A stretch of DNA of 64,000 bases, from the NCBI GenBank assembly GCA_963782115.1, contig CAWAIK010000001.1, forward strand, positions 851,500-915,499, read 5' to 3'. Below are positions 10,897 through 21,392 of the stretch, one piece after another. A program made the translations under genes and the position numbers. Below the pieces are notes generated by a model. The model searched no databases and was not told where the DNA came from. It worked only from the letters and a program-made list of their open reading frames with translations. The DNA comes from an uncultured Verrucomicrobiae bacterium (lineage in GTDB: Bacteria; Verrucomicrobiota; Verrucomicrobiia; Chthoniobacterales; JAFAMB01). How positions within the stretch are numbered: position 1 is the stretch's first letter; each line of letters begins with the position of its first letter.

Positions 10897-12285
10897 TCAG
10901 AGTTTTCCCGGCCCGGATTCGACGTGGATCCTGGACAGCTCAGACCGATTGATTTTTCCGCGTTGATTGAACGGGAGCTCGGCCACGATCTGGAACTCTC
11001 GAGGAACCTGCCAGCTGCTGAGTCCCTCGCGACAATGGCTCTCCAGGAGCTGCCGGGAAACAGCGTTCGAGGCCACGACATAAGCAACCAATTCTTCATT
11101 GCGAGTCGCCGACGGAATTCCAAAGACGATGGCGTCGATGACGCCCGGCATTTTTCGGAGGTGCTCTTCGATAATGGCTGGGTGAACCTTTTTTCCGGCG
11201 ATATTCACAAAATCTGAAACGCGGCCGATGAGGTGCAGTCCCAGACTTGACCATTCGATGATGTCTCCAGGGACGAATTGCACCCCGTTCAGCACCTCGA
11301 TGTCTGCATCCGGGAAATAACCGTCGGCAACGTTCGGACCGCGAACGGCGATTCGATCATCGTCGATTTTGGTCACCTCCACTCCGTTCATCGGAATCCC
11401 GACAAAGCCGCTCGGCCTCTCGAGGTCCTCACTGCGATCATAGGCGATGCCGCCGCACTCTGAAGACCCATAAAAGCTGTGGATCTTAAGTCCGAACTTG
11501 CGGTGGAATTGGCGAGAAATCTCGGGCGCCAACGGAGCGCCTGCGGAAATGCAGAGGCGAACGCTGACAGGTTTGCTGATATCTGACAAAGAAGCAAGCG
11601 CCTGAAACAGGGCCGGCGTTCCGGGAAAGACGGTTGTTCTACAGATCTGCAGGTGGTTATAAACCGCTCGTGGCATTCGATCGGTGGAACACACCAGGCC
11701 CGTCCCCTGATAGAGGAGGGGAGCGATGAGGTTACTGAAACCGTATGAATGGGAAAATGGAATGACTCCGAAATTCACGTCACTCGGACGAATGCCCATC
11801 GTTTTACAGATATTTCGACAGTCGGCGAGGAGTTGGGATTCACGGAATCGCACCGCTCTCGGCGCGCCGGTAGTTCCGGACGTAATTTTCAGGAAATCGG
11901 GTCTGGGGCCGTGCCAGCAAATGGGTGAGCAATCGAAGCGCTGGATCCCAGTCGCCTGAACTAATCCTTGGGCCTGGGTAAACTGCAGGATTCTATCAAG
12001 TTGGGTCGCCTGCAGATCTTCTTCGATTGGTGCGACGACCAGTGCTCGATCCCAGCATGCCAGGAGAAACCCAGGCCAGCTCGGCTCATTTCCGATCGCC
12101 GCAACGATGCAATCGCCGATTGAAAATGCCGATAACCGGCTTCGCCACTCAGCGCGTTCTTCTTCCACCTCCTGGAAGGTGCGCAAAATTGAACAATCGT
12201 CTGAGAAGATCGCTGTCTCCCGGCTTCTGTTCTTTAGAACCTGTTTCCAGAAAGTGTCGAAGAGCCTTTGTTCCACTTGCGTCAC
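10897..12285 (-). CDS. Class I adenylate-forming enzyme (acyl-CoA ligase-like)
   Basis: [39 protein letters not shown]. Confidence 0.9.
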   Translation of the reverse strand: MTQVEQRLFDTFWKQVLKNRSRETAIFSDDCSILRTFQEVEEERAEWRSRLSAFSIGDCIVAAIGNEPSWPGFLLACWDRALVVAPIEEDLQATQLDRILQFTQAQGLVQATGIQRFDCSPICWHGPRPDFLKITSGTTGAPRAVRFRESQLLADCRNICKTMGIRPSDVNFGVIPFSHSYGFSNLIAPLLYQGTGLVCSTDRMPRAVYNHLQICRTTVFPGTPALFQALASLSDISKPVSVRLCISAGAPLAPEISRQFHRKFGLKIHSFYGSSECGGIAYDRSEDLERPSGFVGIPMNGVEVTKIDDDRIAVRGPNVADGYFPDADIEVLNGVQFVPGDIIEWSSLGLHLIGRVSDFVNIAGKKVHPAIIEEHLRKMPGVIDAIVFGIPSATRNEELVAYVVASNAVSRQLLESHCREGLSSWQVPREFQIVAELPFNQRGKINRSELSRIHVESGPGKL

Positions 12286-12329
12286 CTGAACTGTGTGATA
12301 GCTTTCACCTCTTTTTACTCTCTAAAGAC

Positions 12330-12554
12330 ATGAAGGCTGATATCCATCCGAATTATGTAGAGACGACGATCGCTTGCGCTTGTGGCGCTGTCTACCGTAC
12401 CCGGTCGACTCGTCGCGATATCAAGATCGGTATATGCGCCGCATGCCATCCCTTTTTTACTGGTGAACAAAAGTTCGTCGACACAGCCGGCCGCGTCGAA
12501 AAATTCGCTCGGCGCTACGGTAAGACTTTGGTTGCCAAGGGCAAGTCGAAGTAG
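12330..12554 (+). CDS. rpmE: 50S ribosomal protein L31 (Zn-binding type)
   Basis: [37 protein letters not shown]. Confidence 0.95.
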   Translation: MKADIHPNYVETTIACACGAVYRTRSTRRDIKIGICAACHPFFTGEQKFVDTAGRVEKFARRYGKTLVAKGKSK

Positions 12555-12617
12555 GTTTTTGGACCTGGCATTGGAACGGTGACAAGCGCGCGTCGCGCTT
12601 TCACCGTTTTGCCTTTC

Positions 12618-13709
12618 ATGGACTTTGGACCTTTAATCGATCAGAAGCGCGGACGATTCCACGAACTGGAGAAGCAGGTCGCCTCCTCTTCACTTTTCGA
12701 GAATCCAAAACGGGCTCGGGAAGTCCTGCGTGAACATTCAGGCTTGAAATCACTCCTGGAAGATTGGGATCGATTGGAGAAAAGCATCCGTGAGCTGGAA
12801 GAAAATCGGGAATTGGCAACCGGGTCCGATGTGGAATTCGCGGAATTGGCCCAGGCCGAAATTCCGATCCTGGAAGATCGGGTCGGCAAACTCGCCCGCT
12901 CGGTACAATATGCGCTTCTGCCTCCCGAACCCCACGAGGATCGCGATGCGATCATGGAAGTTCGAGCTGGGACAGGTGGAAACGAAGCGGCTCTTTTCGC
13001 TGCGGATCTTTACCGGATGTACTCCAGATATGCCGAAGCGCACGGGTTCAAGATCGAGCAGTTGGAAGGCAGCGCATCGGAGCTGGGTGGCTTCAAGGAA
13101 ATCATCTTCAAGGTGAGTGGGCAGTCCATCTTTCGAGTATTACGATACGAAAGCGGTGTTCATCGTGTGCAGCGGGTTCCGGTGACTGAAGCTCAAGGTC
13201 GTATCCACACCTCGACCGCGACAGTGGCCGTTCTTCCGGAAGCGGAAGAGGTCGATATTGAAATCAGGCCCGAGGATATTCGCATAGAAGTGAGCCGTGC
13301 CGGTGGACCCGGAGGCCAGGGAGTGAACACCACGGATTCCGCAGTTCAGGTCCTGCACATTCCCACGGGCAAAATCGTCCGATGCCAGGATGGTCGCAGC
13401 CAACAGAAGAACAAGGAGAAAGCCCTAGCCATCCTTCGCTCCCGCTTACTTGAGGAAAAGCAGCTGGAGGAAGCGGAGAAATATTCCGCGCACCGGCGAA
13501 GCTTGATCGGATCCGGAGGCCGGGAGGAAAAGATCCGAACCTATAATTTTCCGCAAAACCGCGTCACCGATCACCGTATCGGCCTGACTCTCTACAATCT
13601 GGATCTTTTTATGGAGGGGCAGCTTGACGAAATGGTGAATGCATTGCAGACCAGCGACATGGAGCAACGGCTGAAAGAAGCGGGCCTCAATTCAGTTGCC
13701 AGTGTCTGA
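12618..13709 (+). CDS. prfA: Peptide chain release factor 1
   Basis: PVT specificity tripeptide, GGQ motif, RTYNFPQNRVTDHR; between rpmE and prmC. Confidence 0.97.
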   Translation: MDFGPLIDQKRGRFHELEKQVASSSLFENPKRAREVLREHSGLKSLLEDWDRLEKSIRELEENRELATGSDVEFAELAQAEIPILEDRVGKLARSVQYALLPPEPHEDRDAIMEVRAGTGGNEAALFAADLYRMYSRYAEAHGFKIEQLEGSASELGGFKEIIFKVSGQSIFRVLRYESGVHRVQRVPVTEAQGRIHTSTATVAVLPEAEEVDIEIRPEDIRIEVSRAGGPGGQGVNTTDSAVQVLHIPTGKIVRCQDGRSQQKNKEKALAILRSRLLEEKQLEEAEKYSAHRRSLIGSGGREEKIRTYNFPQNRVTDHRIGLTLYNLDLFMEGQLDEMVNALQTSDMEQRLKEAGLNSVASV

Positions 13710-13723
13710 TGAGGTGACAGTAG

Positions 13724-13843
13724 TCAGTTGCCAGTTCTCAGTGTCAGTGTCAGTTGCCAGCGAGACCGGCAGGGAGATTACTGCTTCTTCTCGCGAATCG
13801 ACGGGTTATTCCCACTGACACTGACAACTGGCAACTAGCAACT
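13724..13843. repeat. Inverted pair of heptamer tandem-repeat arms (long hairpin, MITE/REP-like)
   Basis: tcagttgccagttctcagtgtcagtg (13724-13749) is the near-perfect reverse complement of cactgacactgacaactggcaact (from 13813). Confidence 0.8.
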
Positions 13844-13861
13844 TCTTCCGCAACTTCTTCC

Positions 13862-14707
13862 ATGACCGTTCTTGAGCTCTTGCAAACCACGACAGCCTAT
13901 TTTGGCAAAAAAGGGGTGGAACAACCTCGGTTGAACATCGAGCATCTTTTGGCGGACACCCTCGGAAAGAAGCGGATCGAGCTCTATCTCGAATTTGATC
14001 GTTCTCTGTCCGCCCGAGAGCTGGAGCCCTTGCGGGAAAAGGTACGGAGACGGGCGGAGGGTGAGCCGTTGCAGCATCTCCTGGGTCACTGGGATTTTTT
14101 TGGTCGCACCTTTAAGACCGATCGTCGCGCTCTGATTCCTCGATCCGAAACGGAACTCCTTGTCGAAACAATGCTAAAGGAATTCGCGAGCTGCGGAGAT
14201 TCCGTAAATCGCCTGGTAGATGTCGGCACCGGATGTGGGATCCTGGCGATTACCTTTGCCTTGGAACGGCCAGGGCTCGAGGTCTCGGCCGTTGATCTCT
14301 CGGAGGATGCCCTTGCATTGGCGCGTGAAAACGCCGAGAGGCTGGGGGTCTCGGACCGGATCGCATTCCGCCATTCGAATCTGCTCGACCAGATGGAAGG
14401 CCCGTTCCATTGGATCGCGGCGAATCTCCCCTACATTCCGACGGCGGATCTTAGCGCGCTGCAACGTGAGGTAAAATTCGATCCGTCGCTTGCTTTGGAT
14501 GGAGGCAAAGATGGGTTGACGATTATTAAAAGGCTGATTGACTCACTTCCTGGCAAGATCGCATCAAACGGTATGATCGCCCTTGAGCTCGGGAAGGGAC
14601 AGGCTCAACGAGTATTGCGTTTTTTAGCTGACCAGAATTATCGCGACATCTCAATCAGGAAGGATTACCAAGGAGTCGAGCGGCTTCTCATCGCAAGGTA
14701 TGGATAA
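13862..14707 (+). CDS. prmC: Release factor glutamine methyltransferase
   Basis: GEPLQH, LIPRSETE, DVGTGCG, NLPY, ALDGGKDG. Confidence 0.95.
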   Translation: MTVLELLQTTTAYFGKKGVEQPRLNIEHLLADTLGKKRIELYLEFDRSLSARELEPLREKVRRRAEGEPLQHLLGHWDFFGRTFKTDRRALIPRSETELLVETMLKEFASCGDSVNRLVDVGTGCGILAITFALERPGLEVSAVDLSEDALALARENAERLGVSDRIAFRHSNLLDQMEGPFHWIAANLPYIPTADLSALQREVKFDPSLALDGGKDGLTIIKRLIDSLPGKIASNGMIALELGKGQAQRVLRFLADQNYRDISIRKDYQGVERLLIARYG

Positions 14708-15959
14708 AATCATCATTCGTGGTGGGCATCCTTTGACAGGGTCAGTCAAAATTAGCGGTTCGAAAAACTCGGCTTTACCCATTCTGGCAGCAACGCTTTT
14801 GACGAAAGAGAGCTGCGTGATCCAGCGTGTGCCGGACCTGAGCGATGTTCATTATATGCTGCAGATTTTGGCGCACCTGGGTGCTGAGGTGGAGCGAGCC
14901 AGCGGGATTGTGACCGTAAAAGCCGAAAAGGTGAATAGTGTGGCTCCGTACGAAATTGTTCGAAAAATGCGGGCATCGGTTTGCGTTCTCGGACCGCTCC
15001 TTGGCCGGGAAAAGGAGGCCACCGTTTCGCTGCCCGGAGGTTGTGTCATAGGAGACCGGCCAATCGATCTGCATCTGCGCGGATTCCAGGCACTGGGCGC
15101 CGCCGTACGTGTCCATGGGGGTAACGTCAAGGTTTTCGCTCCATGGCTTCACGGAGCGACAATTTCGCTCAAAGGGAAATTCGGTACGACTGTACTGGGA
15201 ACCGATAACATTATCATGGCCGCGGTTCTTGCCGATGGCACAACCATCATCGAGGATGCCGCGTGCGAGCCTGAGGTTGTTGACCTGGCTAATTTTCTCA
15301 ACAAGATGGGTGCAAAAATCGAAGGAGCTGGGACGCCGCGCATGGTGATCGAAGGAGTTAAGGAATTGCATGGCGCGGAACACGAGGTTATCCCGGACCG
15401 GATTGAGGCAGGAACATTTCTCATCGCCGGCGCGATTGCGGGCAAGGCGGTCACCGTCAACCGGGTAAGAGCCGATCACTTGACTGCGGTTACCGACGCG
15501 TTGCAGGCTTGCGGATTCCGGCTCAGTGGAACCAACGGTTCGCTGGTCATTCGCCCTAACGGAAGCACAAAATCATTGAATCTGAAGACCCAACCGTACC
15601 CGGGGTTTCCGACCGATATGCAGGCTCAGATGTGCGCCTTACTCTCGACTGCCGCCGGAGAGAGTTCGGTGACAGAAAGCATCTTTCCTCAGCGCTTTAT
15701 GCATGTTTCCGAGCTGAAACGAATGGGAGCAACCATCGAACTGGATGGTGCTACGGCAAACATCAGGGGCGTGGACAACTTGAGCGGGGCGCCTGTGATG
15801 GCGAGCGATCTTCGGGCCTCGGCGGCATTGATTCTGGCAGGCTTGCTCGCCGACGGAACGACGGAAATCAACCGCGTCTACCACATCGATCGCGGGTACG
15901 AGATGATCGATGAAAAGCTCGGTGAACTCGGGGCGCAAATCGAACGGATCAAAGTGTAG
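14700..15959 (+). CDS. murA: UDP-N-acetylglucosamine 1-carboxyvinyltransferase
   Basis: GSKNSALP, MRAS, LPGGCVIGDRP, PGFPTDMQAQ, DLRASA, HIDRGYE. Confidence 0.97.
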   Translation: MDKIIIRGGHPLTGSVKISGSKNSALPILAATLLTKESCVIQRVPDLSDVHYMLQILAHLGAEVERASGIVTVKAEKVNSVAPYEIVRKMRASVCVLGPLLGREKEATVSLPGGCVIGDRPIDLHLRGFQALGAAVRVHGGNVKVFAPWLHGATISLKGKFGTTVLGTDNIIMAAVLADGTTIIEDAACEPEVVDLANFLNKMGAKIEGAGTPRMVIEGVKELHGAEHEVIPDRIEAGTFLIAGAIAGKAVTVNRVRADHLTAVTDALQACGFRLSGTNGSLVIRPNGSTKSLNLKTQPYPGFPTDMQAQMCALLSTAAGESSVTESIFPQRFMHVSELKRMGATIELDGATANIRGVDNLSGAPVMASDLRASAALILAGLLADGTTEINRVYHIDRGYEMIDEKLGELGAQIERIKV

Positions 15960-15986
15960 AGAGATTTCTTGGAACGAGGCTGGCGA

Positions 15987-16505
15987 CTACTGTTTCTGCA
16001 AAAACAGGTAGATTGCTCGATACCTCACTTTGGCGGTATCAGCCTGACTTTTCGGCGCTTCCTCTGGAGCGACGCCGCCCGATGTCGCAATACGGACCAC
16101 ATAGTCGATCTTGCTCAGTAGTCCGGCCTCGGGTCTGGACTTGGCAGCCACTAACAACCAGGGGATATTTCCGCCCTCCGGCGCCTTTACCGTCTTGAGC
16201 GGGGGTAAACTCCCCACCAGTTGGCTCCCATCGTTCAGAGACCAGGTCGGCCCCCCGTAATGCCTTCCGAGGACTTCGCCGGTCAAGCTCTTGAGCTCAG
16301 CCTCGGGCGCCTTGAGCACCCATTCGTAAGCTCCGGTGGAATTAGGCTTGCTTTCATAGATTTGAGCACCTTCTCCGGCAACCGCCAGTACGACGCTGGT
16401 TTTTTCCGGCAAGGGTACACCCTGGAATTCTGCTGCGGGAGCCGCAAAGCGTATTCCGAAGCAAAGGAAGAAGAGAACACAGATCCACAGCTTGTGAGCG
16501 ACCAT
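15987..16505 (-). CDS. Secreted DUF3455-like protein
   Basis: Signal peptide; GEGAQIY, GRHYGGPTW..DGS, IPWLL, T.GGVAP, Y.A.Y.F. Confidence 0.8.
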   Translation of the reverse strand: MVAHKLWICVLFFLCFGIRFAAPAAEFQGVPLPEKTSVVLAVAGEGAQIYESKPNSTGAYEWVLKAPEAELKSLTGEVLGRHYGGPTWSLNDGSQLVGSLPPLKTVKAPEGGNIPWLLVAAKSRPEAGLLSKIDYVVRIATSGGVAPEEAPKSQADTAKVRYRAIYLFLQKQ

Positions 16506-16605
16506 TTGAAGGCTGAAACTGGCATGCGGAACCGGGCTGTGCAAGTACGCGCGTCGCCGGTTGCGGAATGTCCCGTTTTGGCCTCGGCGCATCGGCTTGG
16601 TTTGG

Positions 16606-17454
16606 TCAGGGTTCATGGAGAAAAGTTTGGGCCGCAGAAGCGTTTCGGGAGGCGAGCAGGCTTCTGCTGAGCGAAGTGGCCAAAACGATTGTCCCGCCGA
16701 CAATCGACCAGAAGGCAGGGTGTTCGCTCGTCGCGAGCATCACCCAAATGGGATTCAGGATCGGTTCAATGGTGCTGATGATGGATGCGTCGAGGGCTCG
16801 GACGTGCCGGATCGCTACCGAATAGAGTAGATACGGGATCGTCAACTGCACGACACCCAAGAGGAGGAGGCGCGGACCGTTCTGTTCAATCCTCAGAATG
16901 GGGAACATCCACGGCAGCGCCATCAGGAAGGTGACGAAATTGCCCAGGAGCACCACTGCTTCTGGCGATCCTGCTCTCTGATGCCGCATAAGAACCGTTA
17001 ACCATGCGAAAGCGAAGCCGCTGCCGAGCGCTGCGATCACACCTGAAAGACCTTGGAGACTGAGTTGGTCGAGAAAAAAAAGACCCACACCTGAAAGAGC
17101 TAGCAGGACGAGCAGCCAATCCTGCCATGGGGTGCGCTCGCCCAGGAACCAGGGACTGATCATCGCGATATAAATTGGAGCGGTGTATTGAAGAAAGATC
17201 GCATTGGCTGCTGTGGTGAGCTTTGTTGCCACGACGAAGAGAAAGACAGTTGCCGAATAGGCGATCGCCCCAGGGATGGTTAGCCACGAGATCTTTCGGA
17301 GAACACCGGGCATTGCCAGGCTTATGATGACCGTGGCGATCAGGCTACGTGCGCCGGCGATCGCCACGGGAGTCAAATCAATGGACTTAATCAGGACGCC
17401 GCCAAGGGACCAGAGAACTGCCGCAGCGAGTAGGAGCAGAACGTGCCTGTTCAA
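16606..17454 (-). CDS. EamA/DMT family transporter
   Basis: About 10 TM helices, TTAANAIFLQYTAP, EPILNPIW. Confidence 0.9.
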   Translation of the reverse strand: MNRHVLLLLAAAVLWSLGGVLIKSIDLTPVAIAGARSLIATVIISLAMPGVLRKISWLTIPGAIAYSATVFLFVVATKLTTAANAIFLQYTAPIYIAMISPWFLGERTPWQDWLLVLLALSGVGLFFLDQLSLQGLSGVIAALGSGFAFAWLTVLMRHQRAGSPEAVVLLGNFVTFLMALPWMFPILRIEQNGPRLLLLGVVQLTIPYLLYSVAIRHVRALDASIISTIEPILNPIWVMLATSEHPAFWSIVGGTIVLATSLSRSLLASRNASAAQTFLHEP

Positions 17455-17477
17455 CGCAAGATGATGACGCTTGGCAA

Positions 17478-17498
17478 ACGCCGATACGCCGACACGCC
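17478..17498. repeat. ACGCCGAY octamer tandem repeat
   Basis: acgccgat acgccgac acgcc; same unit in reverse at 33351-33385. Confidence 0.6.
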
Positions 17499-17535
17499 CT
17501 CACCTCTTCCCGCCGGGAACAGGACACTAGTAGTA

Positions 17536-18783
17536 TTAGTCCAATGCGCGGAATGCCAGCGTTGCATTATGTCCACCAAAACCAAACGAATTGTTTAGTG
17601 CGAGGCGAACCTTCTTTGTTCGAGCCACGTTTGGAACGTAATCGAGATCGCAATCCGGATCAGGATTATCCAGGTTGATGGTGGGCGGAACAATTCCGTT
17701 CTTTATTGCCAGGATGCAAACGGCGCTTTCCACACCGCCGGCGCCCCCCAGCAGATGCCCGGTCATCGATTTGGTTGAACTAACGAGGAGACCTTCCTTT
17801 GCGTAGTGACCCGCGAGCAGCTTAATCGCGTTGGTTTCGCAAACGTCTCCAACCGTGGTCGAGGTAGCGTGCGCATTGATGTAGTCGATTTCAGCAACGT
17901 TTACACCGGCGTAATCCAGCGCTAACTGCATCGCCCGAGCGACGGGTGTACCGTCCGGCCGAGGAGAAGTCATGTGGTACGCGTCTGAGGTCAGGCCATA
18001 TCCCGCCAGCTCACAGTAAATCTGAGCGCCACGCGCCTTTGCTCGCTCGTACTCCTCAAGAACAAGAATCCCAGCGCCCTCTCCCATCACGAACCCATCC
18101 CGGTCCCGGTCGAATGGCCGTGACGCCTTCTCCGGCTCGTTGTTCCGAGTACTCATTGCTCGCATCGAACAAAAGCCGGCAATTCCCAGCTGGCAAATTA
18201 CGGCTTCCGATCCACCCGCGAGAAATCCGTCAGCGTCCCCGTAGCGGATCATGCGCCAAGCCTCTCCGATGGAATTCGCGGCTGTCGCACAGGCGGTGAC
18301 GATCGAAAAATTGGGTCCTTCGAGGTCGTACTCCATAGAGATCAACCCGCTCGCCATGTTCACGATCATCATTGGGACCATGAATGGAGAGACCCGGGAT
18401 GCACCCTTGTTCATGAGAACGGTATGCTGATCTTCCAGGCTCTTGAGGCCGCCAATTCCGCTGCCCACCAGCACGCCAAACCGCGTGCGATCAATCTTCG
18501 CGAGATCGAGCCCGCAGTCTTCGATTGCCAGCTTGGCAGCCGCCATTGCAAATTGCGCAAATCGATCTGCACGCCTTACGTCCTTCGGATTCTTGAAATA
18601 GAGCGAAGGCTGGAAATCGGGAATCTCCCCGGCAATATGGCAATCGAAAGTGGAGGAGTCGAATTGGGTAATTTGGCCAATACCGCTCTTTCCGTTCACC
18701 AGGTTTTCCCAGAACGATTTCAAATCGCTTCCAATCGGGGAAACAACGCCAATGCCGGTTACAACGACTCGTCGATTACTCAT
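17536..18783 (-). CDS. fabF: Beta-ketoacyl-ACP synthase II
   Basis: RRVVVTGIG, TACAT (Cys), HATST and GHLLG (His pair), NSFGFGGHN. Confidence 0.96.
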   Translation of the reverse strand: MSNRRVVVTGIGVVSPIGSDLKSFWENLVNGKSGIGQITQFDSSTFDCHIAGEIPDFQPSLYFKNPKDVRRADRFAQFAMAAAKLAIEDCGLDLAKIDRTRFGVLVGSGIGGLKSLEDQHTVLMNKGASRVSPFMVPMMIVNMASGLISMEYDLEGPNFSIVTACATAANSIGEAWRMIRYGDADGFLAGGSEAVICQLGIAGFCSMRAMSTRNNEPEKASRPFDRDRDGFVMGEGAGILVLEEYERAKARGAQIYCELAGYGLTSDAYHMTSPRPDGTPVARAMQLALDYAGVNVAEIDYINAHATSTTVGDVCETNAIKLLAGHYAKEGLLVSSTKSMTGHLLGGAGGVESAVCILAIKNGIVPPTINLDNPDPDCDLDYVPNVARTKKVRLALNNSFGFGGHNATLAFRALD

Positions 18784-18852
18784 GAGGCTCCGATACGGCG
18801 TTAGTCTGCAAAATGGGGTTAAGCAACAGAAATCTGAAGCTGAAATATGGAC

Positions 18853-20037
18853 TCAGGTGTTTCTCGATCCCATGCCGACCATCTGGACCTGCTGAAAGAG
18901 TTTTCCTTCGGTTCGGATGGACGGTGCAATGATGATTTCGGTCTCCTGGAACTCGCGGAGATCGGCAGCGCCGACGTTTCCCATGCAGGTCGTAATGGCT
19001 CCGACCAGATTTTGACTTCCGTCGTCTACGTCTGCGGGACCGAACAGGATCTGTCGCAGGGGTCCGGTCGTACCGACCCTGATTCGCGTGCCACGGGGCA
19101 GATTGGCATGCGGCGTTGCCATACCCCAATGATAACCTTTGCCTGGTGCTTCGATCGCCTTCGCGAAAGCGCTGCCGATCATGACTGCATCTGCGCCGCA
19201 CGCGAGAGCCTTGCAGACGTCGCCGCCCTTGCTCATTCCCCCGTCCGTGATGATCGGGATATAGTTGCGTGTCTTCTTGAAATGGTAGTCGCGTGCAGCA
19301 GCGCAATCTACGGTGGCCGTTACCTGCGGTACGCCCAACCCGAGGACTCCTCTCGACGTACAGGCTGCTCCGGGTCCGACCCCAATAAGCACACCCGCAA
19401 CGCCGCACTCAATGATCTCCAGCATTACGGCGTACCCAACGGTGTTGCCGACAATGACGGGACACTTCAGCTCTCGGCAGAATTCCTTAAGATTAAGTGA
19501 TTTGTATTCAGTGGAAATATGCCGCACCGTCGAAACCGTGCTTTGGACGACGAACACGTCCACCCCCGCTTCCTGGGCAATCTGTCCGTAACGCTCTGCT
19601 TTTTGCGGGATGGAACTGACGGCAGAGATCACCCCGGCGTCCTTAACCTCTTTAATGCGCGCGGCAATCAGATCCTCCTGGACCGGTTCCTGGTAAATCT
19701 TCTGTAGAAGGCCTGTCACGTGTTCCTTATCGGCTTCCAGGACTTTCAGCAGAACCTCCCGAGGATTTTTATACCGGGTTTGGACTCCCTCCAGATTCAG
19801 CACCGCCAACCCACCCAGTTTGCCCATTTCGATCGCGAAATTTACGTCGACAACTCCGTCCATCGCGCTGGCAAGGATCGGAATTGCCAGCTTGAGCGGC
19901 TCCATTTTCTTTCGGGGTACGCTGAACGTGATATCAACTTCGTTTGGATTGATTGTCACGCTACCGGGGACCAGTGCGATCTCATCGAAACCGTATGTCG
20001 TACGGGCTTTTCGATTTCGCCCGATGAACATTGCCAT
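18853..20037 (-). CDS. guaB3: GuaB3-type IMP dehydrogenase family protein
   Basis: YGFDEIALVP, ASAMDGV, LNLEGVQTRY, GPGAACTSR, no CBS domains. Confidence 0.9.
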   Translation of the reverse strand: MAMFIGRNRKARTTYGFDEIALVPGSVTINPNEVDITFSVPRKKMEPLKLAIPILASAMDGVVDVNFAIEMGKLGGLAVLNLEGVQTRYKNPREVLLKVLEADKEHVTGLLQKIYQEPVQEDLIAARIKEVKDAGVISAVSSIPQKAERYGQIAQEAGVDVFVVQSTVSTVRHISTEYKSLNLKEFCRELKCPVIVGNTVGYAVMLEIIECGVAGVLIGVGPGAACTSRGVLGLGVPQVTATVDCAAARDYHFKKTRNYIPIITDGGMSKGGDVCKALACGADAVMIGSAFAKAIEAPGKGYHWGMATPHANLPRGTRIRVGTTGPLRQILFGPADVDDGSQNLVGAITTCMGNVGAADLREFQETEIIIAPSIRTEGKLFQQVQMVGMGSRNT

Positions 20038-20041
20038 AGCG

Positions 20042-20281
20042 TTAAAGTCCTCCTATTTTAAGTCTCTCGTTCAAACTGCCGCAACGAGGGCATCGCGGTA
20101 GCAGTTTATTGGTTTTGTCTTCGAAAATAGAGGCACAGATGGTGCATCGAACCCGGTAACGCAAGGCCTCTTTCTCGCGACGTCGGCGCAGCCATTCATA
20201 AACTATCCAGAGCGAAAAGACCGCCGCAAGGAAAACGATGAGGTAGATAAAGACCAGTACCGGCAGTTCAACTCGAATCAC
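20042..20281 (-). CDS. Small single-TM protein with zinc ribbon
   Basis: TM helix followed by CTIC...CPRCG; tightly coupled to both neighbours. Confidence 0.7.
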   Translation of the reverse strand: MIRVELPVLVFIYLIVFLAAVFSLWIVYEWLRRRREKEALRYRVRCTICASIFEDKTNKLLPRCPRCGSLNERLKIGGL

Positions 20282-20991
20282 GGCTGAGCTCCTCCCCAGT
20301 GCAGCCTAACCACTCCCCAGTTCCGGTTTGGACCCGGTTCGAACTTTACCGTGCGGATGAAATCCTCTGCTTTCTGATCGAGTGAACCATTCTCGCTCGA
20401 TTGCGTCAGAAAAACATAATCGGCTTTTCCCTCGGGACTGACACCAACAAAGATCGAAGTCGGCTCTGATAGAGCCGAACTGGTTGGCAATCCCGGCAAA
20501 GACGCCGGAATTCGCGATTGAAGCGTTGACGCAACCTCCAGCCGCGTCGGAAACGTCTTTATTGTAAGCTCTTCTTGCGGATGGGACCGCATCGGCAAAA
20601 GAGTCTCGGCGGAAAACAGCGATGGAATTCCCTGTTCTTGCGTTTTGGTGGATTCCGAGCGCTTCAACTCAACGGAGAGTGTTGAAAAAACGGACTTATA
20701 CCGAGGAGTCACCTGCGCGATTACCCGCGAATCGAATTTGGGTGCGCTAACAGTCGCTGGATCATTCATGGCGACCCAGTCCAACAAGCTCTTGTCCTGC
20801 GGCCTGTTTGGGTCCAGAACCGTCACTTGCGCTGAGGGGGGGAGGAGGGATGTGGTCGCCGGGTAAACCACGCGAAAAATATAAAAACAGAAGATGTGTG
20901 CGAAGAACGAGATGGCGATCAGAACGGGTAAACGATAGTCCCAGCGGCTTTTTCGCCAATCGAATATCAAACGCGCTTCCGGCTGATTCAT
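20278..20991 (-). CDS. TonB-like energy transducer
   Basis: N-terminal TM containing S-x3-H (ISFFAH); C-terminal VSPEGKADYVFLTQSSENGSLDQKA TonB_C-like; follows exbBD. Confidence 0.65.
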   Translation of the reverse strand: MNQPEARLIFDWRKSRWDYRLPVLIAISFFAHIFCFYIFRVVYPATTSLLPPSAQVTVLDPNRPQDKSLLDWVAMNDPATVSAPKFDSRVIAQVTPRYKSVFSTLSVELKRSESTKTQEQGIPSLFSAETLLPMRSHPQEELTIKTFPTRLEVASTLQSRIPASLPGLPTSSALSEPTSIFVGVSPEGKADYVFLTQSSENGSLDQKAEDFIRTVKFEPGPNRNWGVVRLHWGGAQP

Positions 20992-21392
20992 GGTTTGTTC
21001 GGCGAAGTCGCAAGCACTACCGAATAACCGTCTTCCAGGCAGAGATTCATGACCTCGACAACGGTTCCTTGGGGAGTCAAACGATCAGCCTGGATGATAA
21101 TCGATCGGTCCGGGGAATGGTCCTCTTCGAGGCGGTGCGCAAGGTCCGCGAGGCTTATCTGCTGATCGCGGTAGTAGACCAGCGGATAAGGGCCAGGGGT
21201 AATGCTGACAATGATCGGGTTCCTTTGCGGCCCCAGCGTAAACTTCGAAAAGGGGAGATTTACGATGATTCCTGGATGCAGGAGAAAGGTCGAACTGACG
21301 AGGAACAGCAGTAGCAGCAGGAAACAAAGATCCACCAGCGGAATGAGGAAGATCAGAAAAGGGTTCAGATGGACGGATCGGATCAGCTTCAT
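20988..21392 (-). CDS. exbD: ExbD/TolR family protein
   Basis: PLVDLCFLLLLLFLV, VNLP, IQAD..TP.G.VVEVMN. Confidence 0.88.
   Translation of the reverse strand: MKLIRSVHLNPFLIFLIPLVDLCFLLLLLFLVSSTFLLHPGIIVNLPFSKFTLGPQRNPIIVSITPGPYPLVYYRDQQISLADLAHRLEEDHSPDRSIIIQADRLTPQGTVVEVMNLCLEDGYSVVLATSPNKP

Noticed and set aside
12618..13709. Programmed frameshift as in prfB
   Set aside because: The gene is RF1 (PVT motif) and is uninterrupted.
10783..13843. Possible CRISPR array from repeated ACTGAC units
   Set aside because: Units are 6-7 bp tandem repeats with no unique spacers and no cas genes.
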